Assembly (NCBI GenBank): GCA_964247055.1
Contig: OZ176056.1
Span: 1,860,001 to 1,924,000, forward strand
Length of the DNA stretch: 64,000 bases
Reading direction: 5' to 3'
From: Paragordius varius
Taxonomy: Eukaryota; Animalia; Nematomorpha
In this document: one piece after another, positions 12,163 through 25,311 of the stretch
Position numbering within the stretch: position 1 is the first letter of the stretch
Layout: the number at the start of each line of letters is the position of its first letter
Position numbers and translations under genes: made by a program
The notes under the pieces: generated by a model
Seen by the model: the letters and a program-made list of their open reading frames with translations, nothing else
The model's database searches: none
What the model was told of the DNA's origin: nothing

Positions 12163-13570
12163 CTAATTATATATATGGATAATTTTAATTAAAGATCTTT
12201 AAAAAATAAAAATAATTGCTACAAAATAAAACATAAAAATGTTAAGATTAGATCCTAAATTGTATTGAAGAGTATATTGAAATACAAAGCTATTTTGATT
12301 TAAAAATGAAAGGTAAGTAAAAAATAAATATATATGTCAATAAATTAAAAATTTGATGGTATTTAAAACTTTATTAGAGTCTTCAGGAGTTCTTGGGAAA
12401 AATACATAAACATCATTTAATCAAAAAAACTTTTATAAGTTATTACGTATTAAATCACATGATTCTATAAAACATTTTTTACCAAACGCAACATTTTCTA
12501 TCCAAACGAAATAAAAAAAGTTTCTTTTAGTTGAAAAAATGTTGCGATGAATGAATGTTGCATTTGATTGAAAATGGTATAATTATAATTAAACGGGCTT
12601 TTTGAAAATTCAAATTAAATTTTAAAAAAATCAAAATATATCAACTGCCATAAAGTAATTTTAAAAACCTTATTGGAATCTTTATAAATTATTATAAGTC
12701 ATACAATTAGATATAAAACATGAGATTTAAGCTTTTTCGATTTTTAAAATTTTGATATTTTTTGTTATTACAAATATGGTAAAATTTTTAAACCTTCTAC
12801 ATTTTAGATAAAAGAGTTGAAACACAATCTATTTTTCTTGATTCACTATTATTCTTTTAGGGTATTGGCCGCTAAAAAGAATTTAAGGCAATTTGAAGAA
12901 CAATCGCAGTGGTTTTTCTTAAAAATTTTGACGAGCCGTAGAGCTTTTAGGGCTGCGGTTTAAATTAAATTATTAGCTTTATACAAAAACCCAAGTCTCT
13001 TAAAAGCGTACAACCAGTATAAATTCACAAACGCCAATTAAAAAGAGTGGAAAATTATGAAGACTAGTGACCTGATTTTTAAAATTAGCCAGCAATATAA
13101 GGTCCACCAAGGCAACTCAAGTTTTTAGTAAGACTATGTTTTTAAACAAACTTCTTGAATATATTTTATTTTTACAAATATTTTGGATCATTATAATTCA
13201 TTAAAGCTAATGAATAAATTATACATTAACTTTCATCATTCTTCCAATAAATTTTAATTTATAACAGCTGAATTTTGGTTTATATTTTATAAAACGTATT
13301 TTTTGAAAAGTCAGTAACCATCTAAGAGAACGAACGGTTCCAATGTTAAAAACCGGTATTAAAAGTTATACTGTAAGCCAGGTCTTCCAAATTTTAAGAG
13401 ATATGCTGTTTATTTTAAATTTTTACAACCCGATTGTGATTATAAACGAGCAGAAACCATTGAAATTTTGGTTCCACTTTTTTTTGACTTGGTTTTCCGG
13501 GCGTTAGTTTTCATGTTTTGTCCTTATAATTTTAATTTTTATCAATATAGATTCTAAGTAAGACATATAC

Positions 13571-16447
13571 CTTCCATAAGATTGGATCCTTCTGCAGAGG
13601 TAAAATAAATATATTCAATACATCAGTAAATTACTAAGTACCTGTATTCAAATTTTCGACATCTGAAATATATGGTTTATATCATTAAAATCATAACGAT
13701 ATATGTGCAAAAATGATTTTCAAAAATTGCTCAATTATCTTTAAAAGATGTGTTTTATAAAAATATTTAATATATAAGAAATTTAGAATTGAAAAACATA
13801 CGCTCCAATATTTGTCGGCCTATAAAATTAAAGTGAAATAAAATTCTTTTTTTTTTGAAAAAAATTAAATAATATAATTTTTTCGAATTGTACCTTGAAC
13901 GATTCTGTCATGACTAGTTTTAAATCTTTTGCCTTATGTAAAATATTATAAAAAGTATACTTGGTCGAAGTTCTAATTGATATAGAAACGAATTATAAAT
14001 TGTTAATTTAACCTTAATCGTATGGTCAAATTTATCCAATCTATAATAAATTTTGATAGCGGTATTTTATGTGTTTATTTAAAGTAATAAAAAGTTTTTT
14101 GGTTACCCTTTTTTCAGAAAAAATATTTTTTTTTAACTTAATGCTAAATTAAATGAAATTTACAATCACAAATGACTTTATAAAATTAATTAATTCACTT
14201 ATGTTCTTTAAGTGCTGATTACCCAATTTTATTTTTTGAAATTAATAAATTAAAGATTTAATATGTTATAAAAAATGAAGTCTAGATTACTTATAAATAT
14301 GAAATAATCCCTCTATTTAAACAATTTTTTTATTATTTCAAAAAATATCGGCTTTTGAAATATAAATATTTCTTTTTTGCATTAAAATGTAAGTTATACC
14401 GCTTATATCATCCTCACCTACATCATAGTCTAAATTTAGGGAAATATATATATATGTATACTCCTTCAGAACTGGAATCAACAAAAAATATGTGGAGTCT
14501 TAAGAACTAACTTAATTTCGGCCTTAAAATTTGAATATTGTCAACTGACCTTAAGTTTATGCATTAATCTTTACAAGGATAATATAAATTAGCCAAATTT
14601 ATAAAATAATATAATATTTCGTGATTATTCTTAAACTTTTATGTAAATTATGGTTTTTTATTGTCATACATCTTTTTAAAGATGTCTATTTTGATTGCAT
14701 ATTAATTAAAAGGTTAAAAAAATTTTCATCAGTTTTTTTGGAGACCTATTTTTATAATTTGGTTTCATGTTGTGTGATATGGAATCATACATTTCATAAT
14801 TGATATAATATTTAGCCGACCTAGGGTTAAACTGCTTATATGTTAAAAAACTTTGGTAGCAAAAAAATATATGTGCTAAAAAAGTTTGGTTTTTAAAATT
14901 ATTTAAAAAATTACAAAACATTAATAAAGGTAATATTAATTAATTAATACTGCAATTTTATCTAAAAATTGTACATCCACCATATCATATCATATTTTTA
15001 AAAATTTATGAAAGGCACGGCTAAGGTCATATAAACTAATAATTTTTTTTATAAAAATCTACTTCTTTGAAGACCGGATGGTCCAGGTTGGGGTTCTGTG
15101 GCCTCTGTTTAAAATATAATTGGAAAAAATAATATGTATATCATAAAAATATTTAGCTAGTATTTTAATTAAAACCTGATGTGCTTGGGGTAATTTTAGA
15201 TATGGTATTATCAGAACCTGAAGAAAATATATTTTTTAAATAAAAGTATATAAATCACAGCTAATTTTTCAACAACAATAGTATTTTCTAATTTTCTTAT
15301 TTATATTACCATAAAATAATGTATAAATAGATAGAGCCGAATTAAAAAAAACCTTCAGTTGATGCTGGATTTACACTGGGCCCTGATAAAAATTAAATAT
15401 TTGCTTTTAGTTATAATTTTTTTTAATTTTTGAACATAAACCGCCAAAGATACTTAGGTTAGGGTATAATACAGTCAAAAAAAGTAAAAAATGTTTCTAA
15501 AAATAACGGTATCTGAACAAATTTTAAAATTTGTTAATTACTTTGTCACCAAAAATAAACACTAACTTGTCATTACCTGGTTCTAATTGAGCCAATTCGC
15601 CTCCATTTTCTAGATTTTTAGATTTATCTTAAATCAACATTTCCAAGATAGATTTTAATTGGTTTCAAATAGTTTAGCGATGCAAATATTTCAATTAAAT
15701 AATTTATTACAATTAACAGTGTGTTACGCAATTTTTCCATCATCACTGTCAGCCCTGGGCAGGCGAGTGTTAATGCCTTCACATGTCCCGATACAATTTA
15801 AGTCCTTACCCTTTAATGAAAGAGGAAAAAAGAGACTCTAAACTGTATATTTTTTTTTATTTAACAGTGTGTTTCTTATTATAATATTAAAAAACCAGAA
15901 ATTACAAAACAAAAAGTTATTTTTATATAAAACTATTTAATTATTATATATTTTACCAGTATTAGCAATTGCTTCAACCAATTTAGTTGCTTCAGTGATT
16001 TCAACTATTCCAAAATTAGAGATAACCCAATATAAAACAAAATATATTATAATATATGGTTAATTTGATAGTTAATTTTTATCATAACATTTAATTTTTT
16101 GGATGATTATATTATATACCTCCATCTACAACATTTTAATTTTTAAAAAATTATTTGAGTTTTACCTGTGAGGACAGTGGCTATATATTGAAAATATTAA
16201 ATTATATTTTTATATAATTTATAATATTAAAATTTATCTTTGAAGTGACCGTTTTTTTAACAAAGCAATTAGTAATAAAAATTTAATTGAAATACTAAAT
16301 TGCAAATTCATACAAAAATTAAATCACAAGGCCAAAGTTTATGTTTCTATGGTTATATTAGGTGAGTAACTTATCCAAATTCTACTCGTAATTAAAGAAA
16401 ATTTTTTTAAATTTTAAATATTTTATCAATTACCTTTTTAATTTCAT
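13571..16447 (-). CDS. Micro-exon chain encoding a low-complexity, probably secreted protein
   Basis: Fifteen exons of 6-48 nt between 16179 and 13571 join in one open frame (TVLTDGVEITEATKLVEAIANTENGGELAQLEPGPSVNPASTEGSDNTISKITPSTSEATEPQPGPSGLQR...). Signal-peptide-like exons at 16434-16447 and 16250-16294 (MKLKSISIKFLLLIALLKK) are one base out of phase at a T7 run. Confidence 0.65.
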
Positions 16448-16769
16448 GTAAAAAAAATGTGCTAAAATTATTTTGTAAAAAAATCAGAGTCCTTATACAT
16501 TCGACCCACCTTAAATGGCCCTCCCAGCAAACTATAGTAACGCGCTAAAAAATAAGCTCATGTTTCGATGTTTAAATAAAGTCTTGGCTTTAAATTATAG
16601 TTTTCACTAGTTGTTAAGTCAGTGAGCAAATAGCAATAAAATTAATTAAAATGTAATCATTTTTAAAAACTTCAAAAATAGTAAAGATATATTGTTGATA
16701 TTTTACAGTTCTTGCGAATAAATTGGTTTTTTTAATTATTTATTGGTAATGTTGTCGGTGTTGAATATA

Positions 16770-17063
16770 CAATAAAAATTGAAATTATACGGACAAATCG
16801 TAATAATATAAAGACAAATATTATCTTTCCAAAAGACAACCATACTTTTTAAATCTTAATTTATATAAATATAATTTATTGTTTTGAACTGTAGTAAAGT
16901 ATGTAATAGAGATGCATATTGGAAACACAATCAATTAAGTATTTTTTTGCGCTCAAATGATTTTTATGGGATTTTATGGTTTAAAAAAATATGCTTGTCT
17001 TTTGAAATAAAAATTTTGTCTTTATATTTTTACGTTTTGTCCGTATATTATCAATTTTTACTG
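16770..17063. mobile_element. Tc1/mariner-type MITE (CAGTAAAAA family)
   Basis: TA|CAATAAAAATTGAAATTATACGGACAAA ... TTTTGTCCGTATATTATCAATTTTTACTG|TA inverted termini. Confidence 0.7.
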
Positions 17064-17292
17064 TACTGTATATATACATACAAGTTTAAATGGCGTAACC
17101 TTAAATGTGACTCAAAAAAATAAGTAATGATTGGACAGAAACATTATTTTCATATTTTTATTGTATCAAATAAAAGATTCTAGGCAATAATTTTAAATCA
17201 GAGGGAGAAATTAGGATCAAATATATACATTAGATATATTCATACAAGCCAATATAATAAATTCATATCTTAAAAAGGTCAAATCAGTTAAC

Positions 17293-20200
17293 CACTTTGT
17301 AACAAAACTTGTTCTTTATGCAAGACTATGCTTTGTGATACTATACGGACAAAACGTACAAAAAAGGATTTCTTACAAAGTCAAATATTGATTTGCCCTA
17401 ATTTTTCCCCATTTTAATTTTATGTTTTTATTTAGTTTTTTAAGAATTTAAATCTCAATTTATCATTTTGTAAACGACAAAAGGCTGAGTTGATTTTCAA
17501 TGTCAACATTTTAAGAAAGTGTTGTCTCTTATAGAAAGCCCTTCTTTGAGTTTTTCCGTTTTGTTTGTATGATTATGGTAAAATATTAATTTGAAAATAA
17601 AATTACATTTTACATTATAAAAATACCCGAACTTTTATCCGGTAATATTAAAATATTTGCAATATAAATTAAATCATTATCGTTTACCTGCCACTGAAAA
17701 TATTAAATAATATAACTTTATAAAAAATATTTTTGTGATATTTTTCGAATTGGTAAATTTTAACCAAAAGAATTACACATTGCTGAGCCTAATATTTATC
17801 ATTTTAAACATTATTAATAACTAGTTTGAAATATGGATGTAAAATTTAAAATTTTTTTGTCCATAACATATAAACAAATTTAAAGTTATAAAAAAATTAA
17901 ATGAATTTTACAATAAAATAACTCACCAAAAAAATGTAAATAATTTATCAATATTGGATAAAATATAATTTAGTTTTGATTATTTCTATATTTTTTATTA
18001 ATCTCAACGGTTAAAATTACTAACTTTTTTGTTTGATATAAAGCAGGGGTGGCCACACTTTTTTTGTCGCGAGCTTTTTTTTTTGGCTTTTTTGTTAAAA
18101 AAAGAGTTCGCGGTCACCCAGAAATATTTATCAAAAAAACTCAATCAACACTTTAAATGATGTATATACCTGCTTTACAGATTAGAGTGATTTGTTTAAA
18201 CCATTTTAAAATTGTAATTTTTTTATCTATCAACCAAATACAAAAATAATTTTAATTAAAAGACAACGGGTTATTAACTACCTTAATTTTTTAACCAACA
18301 TAAAATACTTCAAAATATTTATTTATTAAATTTCTATTATATGAAATTTTACAATATAAAAATTTAAACAATGCATTTGAAATTACAGGGGAGAATACAT
18401 TATGATACAAAAAATAAAAGAAATAAAAAATAGCATTCCAATTTAGAACCATAATTTGAACATAAATAAGAGTACATTAAAATTGTATCAGTTTTAATTC
18501 TATCCACATATTTTTTAGTAAATCGGCTTTTTCCTAAGCGAAAATACAACTCAATAAACATCCATATTTAATAAAGAAAAAAATATTTAAAACGCCCGAC
18601 TGCGAAAAAATTCAGAAAGTTTATCTAAATTAGGTTCAAAGGAAGTCAAAGCAATTCTCAAACATGATACTAAATATTTATTAGTTAATTGTGACCTCTG
18701 TTTAGTTTTGATAGCATTCATAATTGAAAAAGCCGATTCACATAAATATGTGGATCCAAAAAAAGAATTGAATAATGCAGCGGTTTTCCAAATATGGGGG
18801 TATTTATCTTTATTTATAAATTTATATATATCTGATCCTAATGATTTTAGATGGATATCGCATTTAACATTTATTAATTCCTCTTCCAACTCTGCTAAAT
18901 TTGGTACACCAAGAAAGTGGCTGAGTTTTTGAGCAATATATTCAACATTATTATTATTATCAAATGGGCATGATAAAAAAATAGCGATGTCTTCAAGTTT
19001 ATTTATAGATGAAAATCGTTTTTCAAAATCATTAATAAGCAGACCAATATCATCTGCAGATTTTTCAAAAGAGAGATTCTCTATTATTTCAGACACCGCT
19101 GCCAGATTAAAAAAATGTTTTAAATCTCGGTTTTTTAATTGTGTTTCTACTACTGTTAGTGTTTCCTTAAAAGATTTTAAAGCACCCATCATATCCATTA
19201 TTGTTTTATCTTTTCCTTGTAATTGGTGTTTAATTTATGCAATTTTTCCGTGATATCGCATAAAAATGCAAGATCAAGCAGCCAATCTTGATCTTTCAAT
19301 TCAGGGTATGAAAATTTAGAATTCTCTAAAAAAATTTCTATTTGTGGTAAAAGTTGCCTAAATCTAATTAAAAATGCGGCACGACTCAACCACCTTACAT
19401 CAGTATGTAATAAAAGTTCTCCATATTCCACGCCGCACTCATTTAACAAAATTCGAAATTGGCGGCGGGACAAGCATTTTGTTCGAATGGCGTTAACAAT
19501 TTTAAAACAGAGGTTCATTACATGATGGTATTTTAAAACTTTTGAACATAAAACTTGATTATGGATTATACAATGGTAATCAATGAACTTGGGAGATGCA
19601 CTGTGATTTTTACATAAAGCGATAAAGCCGTTGTTAACGCCAATCATAGCTGGAGCTCCATCAGTAGTTATAGATGCGAGTTTTACGATGGGAAGTTTCG
19701 TATCTGTGATAAATTTATAAAAAGAATCAAAAATATCCTGCCCTCTGATTCGTTCGTGGAGAGGTATTATAGTTAATAATTCCTCCTTTGCAGATAAATC
19801 ACTAAATATCATACGAATAAAAATGCATAATTGGGCGATTCCAACATAATCGGTGGACTCATCGAGTTGCAAGGAAAAAAAATACAGTTATTAATATTTT
19901 CATGTAAAATTTCATCAAGATTATTACTAATATCTTCAGCCCTGCGCATAACGGTATTTCTCGATAAGCTTATGCTTTTAATAGCTGTCATAATATTATT
20001 TTTGTTATCAAAATTTTCAAATAAAATATCACAAGCGCTAATAAACGCTTCTTTAAATATTTCACCATCTTGGAATGGCTTATTGTTCCGAATGAGTATT
20101 TCCGCTACCTTGAATGAAGCAATCGTATCATTTTTATAGTCTTTGTTGTATTTAAGTATGCTATTTTGTGAGGCGGATAATTGTTCTTTTAATTCCTTTA

Positions 20201-20899
20201 CTTTAATGTTGCGTTCTTGAGTTTGTAAGGGGTAGTTTTTGGAGTAATGTGGATGCAGAGATCTATAATGTCTTTCAATATTTGACTTTTTGGGCAAAGC
20301 AACAGTACTATTGCATATTAGACAGGTGCATGTTTCATTTATCATAATAAAAAAGTATTCATGCTCCCAATCTTTCTTGTATCTGTACAACTTTTTTTGG
20401 CTCATTCTAAAATATAAGTTTTAAAAACCTACTTTTGGTGTATCAAATCAAATCTAACTTCACGATTATGCTTCTGATTTATGAATAAGCTTTGCTCAAA
20501 GTTTTGATATATTCAAGGGAAATGACTGATTTTAAGTTTTAATGCAAATGCTCCAAAACATATGAATTATAATTAATAAAATAATTTTTTTACACCCTTT
20601 TCTTAGACTTTTTTTTTAATTTAAACCGTATTTTTTTTGTATTTTAAATTTAAATTCGCTCAGAAGTAGCCAACTATCCGAAAAAAATCAATAAAATTTT
20701 TTAAAAAAAATATTTTCAGGCGGTCACTTTTTGAGTTGTCGCGGTCACGAAAGTGACCGGGGTCACCTCGTTGGCCACCCCTGATATAAAGCAATTATGA
20801 AGAAATACCTTGTGGAGCTAAAGCACCTAAGAAGTTTATAAAGCAAAATATATTTCGAGAGATACAAATATGTCGTACCAATTCCGATCGCTGCAACAA
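17293..20899 (-). CDS. Further candidate phase-1 micro-exons on both sides of the hAT element
   Basis: AG/GT-bounded exons 20879-20899 (21 nt), 20809-20817 (9), 17777-17788 (12), 17688-17693 (6) and 17293-17325 (33), all multiples of 3 and open in phase 1. Confidence 0.45.
18044..20783 (-). mobile_element. Full-length hAT DNA transposon (GTF2IRD2/Charlie/SPIN-like), 2740 bp
   Basis: 12-bp perfect TIRs CAGGGGTGGCCA / TGGCCACCCCTG; 8-bp TSD ATATAAAG at 18036-18043 and 20784-20791. Confidence 0.97.
18587..20405 (-). pseudogene. hAT transposase (~600 aa) broken by two 1-nt frameshifts
   Basis: Three consecutive ORFs carry an N-terminal zinc-finger-like CLIC/RHY region, QLDESTD, TTDGAPAM, HCIIH, DVRWLSR and the hATC motif FGSTYLCESAFS. 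Frameshifts at ~19875 and ~19225. Confidence 0.92.
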
Positions 20900-21470
20900 C
20901 TAATTTAAATCAATGATAAAATAAAATTAGTAATTAAATTTTTAAAAAAAAACTCTTCGATATTTAAACAAAAAATTTTAAATAACTGGTGTAATTATTC
21001 TTTTTAGGCTTAAATAATGATGTAATCCTTAATATAATGTTTTATCCAGGGGCGTATCCTGCACCGCAATCCTTCAAAACATTTTTGTGAATTATTACAC
21101 TAGTCGACAAGCATTTTTGAGCACCCCCACTCAAAATTTTAAATTATGACTAATTTCAGTGTTCTAAAACCGAATCTAAATTTTGATCCCCCCAATCAGA
21201 ATTTTGAGATATTATTGGCTTTTTAATTATTCAAAAACAAGAGAAAATCAAGAGAAAATTAAATATAAATTTATAATAAATGGTTATTATATTATAAAAT
21301 TAATTTCATTTAATAAAGATAATCTTTTAAATATAAATATGTTATTTAAATATCAGGGAGAAAAAAATAGTACGGATATAAACGTCAAAATTTAGTCTTT
21401 TTTAGTTAATTTTAAACACGTACAAAGTTATATTAAAAAAATACTAAAAGATGCATTCTATGGTTTAAAC

Positions 21471-24346
21471 CTTTGGCTTTCAGATAGGCTATATTTATTT
21501 TGTTGGATTTTATTATTTCTAGGTATTTTCTATTCGGCTGACTCTTATAAAAAATCTTCTTACTTATACCTAGTGAATATTATTTATCTCTAAAATGATT
21601 GGCTTTTATTTGAATTTAGATGGATGTTTGGCAGCCACTTTTATTACCTGGATTATGGTAATATACCATAATAATATTATAAACTGCAAGCATTTGAACT
21701 TCTCTAATCTTCTTATACAATTACATGGTCAAATCTGTCTAACTCTATTCTGTGAATTGGTTAATTTAACATGTCAATATAGATTTTGCTGAAGTTACTA
21801 CTTTATATTGAACCTCTCTCCTACCGGGCTTTAATCCTCATTATTGTATACCTTTGCCATATCTGGCATTATAGGATTGCTTCGGGGATTTTTGCAGGGC
21901 TTATGCAAGCCACCGGGATATACCCACACACCATATATTATCCTTTTGATTTTTAATAATCTTTGGCTCTTAGCAATATATTTTAATTCGATATTCTATA
22001 AGTTTTACAAAATATTTTATTTAATGCATATAATTTTTAATTAATATATCCAATAAATTGATATTTATTTATTGTATATTGTCCATTTCTTTGTCAATAA
22101 CATTTTCTGCATAGTCTTCGTTTAATCTTCTGTAGTATCGTATACAGGGTCTGGTATATTTGAATCATTTATGCATTTTAGTTCTATTTTAATAAAAAAC
22201 CTGGCTTTGGAATACCACTTCTTTTGACTTGCTCGTTTAAATATTTAAATATATGTGCACTAGGAATATTTGTTTTATAAAATTAAATACAAAATTTAAA
22301 ATAAAATTTTTAAAAAATCCTATCGGGGGCCTCATATTTTAATTTTGATTTGGCCTTTCCATGCCATTAGGTAACAGAAAATGCAAAAAAATGGGGTGGT
22401 GCAAAACCTTGTTGACCAGTGTTATCAATTAAAATTATATGAATGGCAAAAATATGTCCATTTATTTTATTCAAATTTTTTGGAAAAACTTTGCTAAATT
22501 GGTGTATAATTAGTATAGATATATATATATATATATATTACGAATGCTATTAAGTCAAAAATGCGTCTCATAAAGCCATTTGTATTAGTTACCCCTGTTT
22601 TTTACCCGTCTTATCTAATTATTGGTTTGTATAAATTGTGAGTCAATCAAAGTAATTAATTTAATTATATCTTAACATGCAAATTTATTGTTTTTATTTT
22701 TATTGATTAATACCTTAATTCTTCAATTTTTTCACAATTAAAATTCATGTAAAGGTTGACAATGAATGCCATTATGTCTAATTATTTGTTCAAACTGTCC
22801 CATTTAAGATGTATAAATAAATGAAATATGAATAAAAATAGTATACCAGGAGAAGCAGCTAAAATTTTTTTTCCATAAATGACAGAATCCTTTTTATATT
22901 AAATATATTTTCATACTTGTGTCCGACCTTTGTAAATTGGGCTTGATTTGTTGAGCCTTTCATATATCTTTTAAGAATTATAATATTACTATAAAGTTTT
23001 ATTTAATGTCAATTTCATATCACTGAATTTATTTCAAACGTTTGGCTATGATTTTCAAAATTTTATGCTACTAAAATTCTAAGCAGGGAAAAATATCAGT
23101 TAAAATATTATAAATATAAAAAATGTAAAAACAAATTGAGTTTTTTTGAATAATATGATGCAATATCATCAAAATTAATAATAAATTTATTTATGAATTT
23201 TCGTTAGATTCCTCTAACTTCTTCGGACCAACACAAAAATTAAGCCTGATTATTTATGCATTTTCAAATATAAATACCGTTTTATTAGACTCTTTCTTTA
23301 TATTCGCAGCTATATTTAGAATGAATAAGATTTCTAATTGCTATTTAAAAACATCACATTAAAATCTTTAACCATTTTAACAACATAAAAATGATTTAAC
23401 ATTGTATTCCGAATCGGTGAATGCAAATTTTATTTTTTCTTAATTATTATCGTTAAGCTTTTTTATTTCAAGCGGACGCTCTTCATTCCTAACTATGAGC
23501 TTTAAAATACTGCCCAATACCTGCATTTTCCAAATACATAAACAAATTTTTTTATAATGATCGTTGGTTAACATTGTGTAAAAATATAAAAACCTTTAAA
23601 CTAAAAAATGAGGTAATCAATTATTTAACATAAAAATAAGATTTACAATTGAGCAAAGGCAGTTAATATACAGTATGCATTTTAATGGTTGCTTAATTTA
23701 TAGTAGGGTAATTTGCAACACAGGAGTGTATGTATGGAAAAAAGAAAGGAATAAATTGTTTATTTTATATTTTGATGTTTTTTCCATACACTAATACTGT
23801 GTTGCAAATCGTCTATAGTGTGAAATAATCAGCCATCAAAATGCACACTGTAATAAAAATTTATATGTATTCTAAATTATCTATTTTTTTAAAGCATGTT
23901 CAAATACTTATAATTTAGATAGAATAAAACCCACACGCTTTTACTTGTTTCACCTGGCCCTGCCTAAAAAAGTCTGATTAATTTTTTTGTAAAGCCTAAA
24001 TTTATATTGTACAGTAAAAATCGGAATTTTGAGACAAAACCTGAAAACATAAAGACAAATATTTTTTTGAAAAGCAATCATATTTTGAAATCCTCTTTAT
24101 AAGTAGAATATACAAATTGTGTTACGAATTAACATCTTTATTTCATACTTTGCAGTTTGATATAATGAGTTATAATTAAAATAATTAAGTCTTAAAAAAA
24201 CGATAGCCGTGTTGAAATAATTTGTATTTATATTTTTACATTTTGTCGGTATAATTTCAATTTTCACTGTAATTATATATTATGCAGAACAGTTTTCAAC
24301 AAGACCTGATAATAATATTTATCCATCAACTGAGTTTCATTTGAAT
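21471..24346 (-). CDS. Scattered candidate small exons; gene model unresolved
   Basis: Examples: 24306-24346 plus 23954-23963 (41+10 nt, restores phase 1), 22847-22858 (12 nt), 21648-21701 (54) and 21471-21518 (48). Other nearby candidates do not fit the frame. Confidence 0.3.
23671..23850. mobile_element. Palindromic MITE with TA target and CAGT ends
   Basis: TA|CAGTATGCATTTTAATGG ... CCATCAAAATGCACACTG|TA, plus inner inverted repeat ATTTGCAACACAG / CTGTGTTGCAAAT. Confidence 0.7.
24012..24269. mobile_element. Tc1/mariner-type MITE (CAGTAAAAA family)
   Basis: TA|CAGTAAAAATCGGAATTTTGAGACAAAA ... TTTTGTCGGTATAATTTCAATTTTCACTG|TA. Confidence 0.65.
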
Positions 24347-24718
24347 CTGAAAAAATAAAACAGATGATACAATTATTTCCTTATTGAGTTTGACCCGGCT
24401 TATAATTCGCGCTTTTGATTATTAAAAATAACCAGTCAATACTTAATAACATATTTTAGAAATACAAATATGAATTTGACATATGGTAAATTTAATTTTA
24501 TGTCCAAATAAATATATATAATCATATATATGGTCATAGAAAAATTGAATTTTCACTCTCTGTGCCATTTAACTACTTATATTATTAAAGCGGAAATTGC
24601 ATTTATAAGCAATAAGATCGTTATTTTTTAATCGGTCAAACCAAAATTTCTTGTATATGGTGTAAATTAAACAATGAATCACTACAATACGTAGTTTAAT
24701 ATCATATTATCATTAAAC

Positions 24719-24986
24719 CAGGGGTATCCAACACAAATGGCTTCGCGGGTCTTTTTGAATCAAAAAAATCGGCGGACCGCATTTGAAATATTTTGTATAT
24801 ATAGGTATTTATAAATATTTGATTTGAGTAATATTACAAAATACACTAGTTTGTTGCCTATCGAATCAAATAAATCAGGAGTTTTGTTTGAAAAATATTG
24901 ATTTTTTATTCATAGGTATATTTTTAATATTTTTCCAAATTTTCCCCGTGCCTCACGACTTATCACGGAAGTGTTGGACACCCCTA
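24719..24986. mobile_element. hAT-type MITE
   Basis: TIRs CAGGGGTATCCAACAC / GTGTTGGACACCCCTA; TSD only partly conserved. Confidence 0.7.
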
Positions 24987-25009
24987 CTTTAATGAAAATA
25001 TTGCATATA

Positions 25010-25271
25010 CCATTTCCATTCAAATTTACCCCTGAACAATTAAATCAACCTAAAAATAAATTAGGTGTTTTCGGAATATAACTCCTCATTTATATGAAAT
25101 ATATCTTATTAGCTTAGTTTATTTCTTTTCAATATTATTATAATTACAAAATTTCATTCTTTCAAATATAAAAAAATATAAGGTTTTAATCTTACACTTA
25201 ATTTATTTAAGGGTGTTGAATTGTTCGAGGGCGAATTTGTTTGTTTAAGGGGGAATTTGAATTGTAAATGG
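25010..25271. mobile_element. TA-flanked MITE (same family as 5080 and 60445)
   Basis: TA|CCATTTCCATTCAAATTT ... GAATTTGAATTGTAAATGG|TATATA. Confidence 0.7.
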
Positions 25272-25311
25272 TATATATAAAGATTATATATTGGATTCCA
25301 AAATATATTAC

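Noticed and set aside
12252-13550. Nested plus-strand gene (ILNCIEEY..., VLAAKKNL..., LYCKPGLP...)
   Set aside because: Fragments end in separate stops, could not be joined consistently and match nothing I recognise; left unresolved.
18708-20139. Plus-strand ORFs 18708-18932, 18987-19253 and 19831-20139
   Set aside because: Antisense shadows of the hAT transposase.
21047-21210. MITE starting CAGGGGCGTATCC
   Set aside because: No matching right terminus or TSD found.
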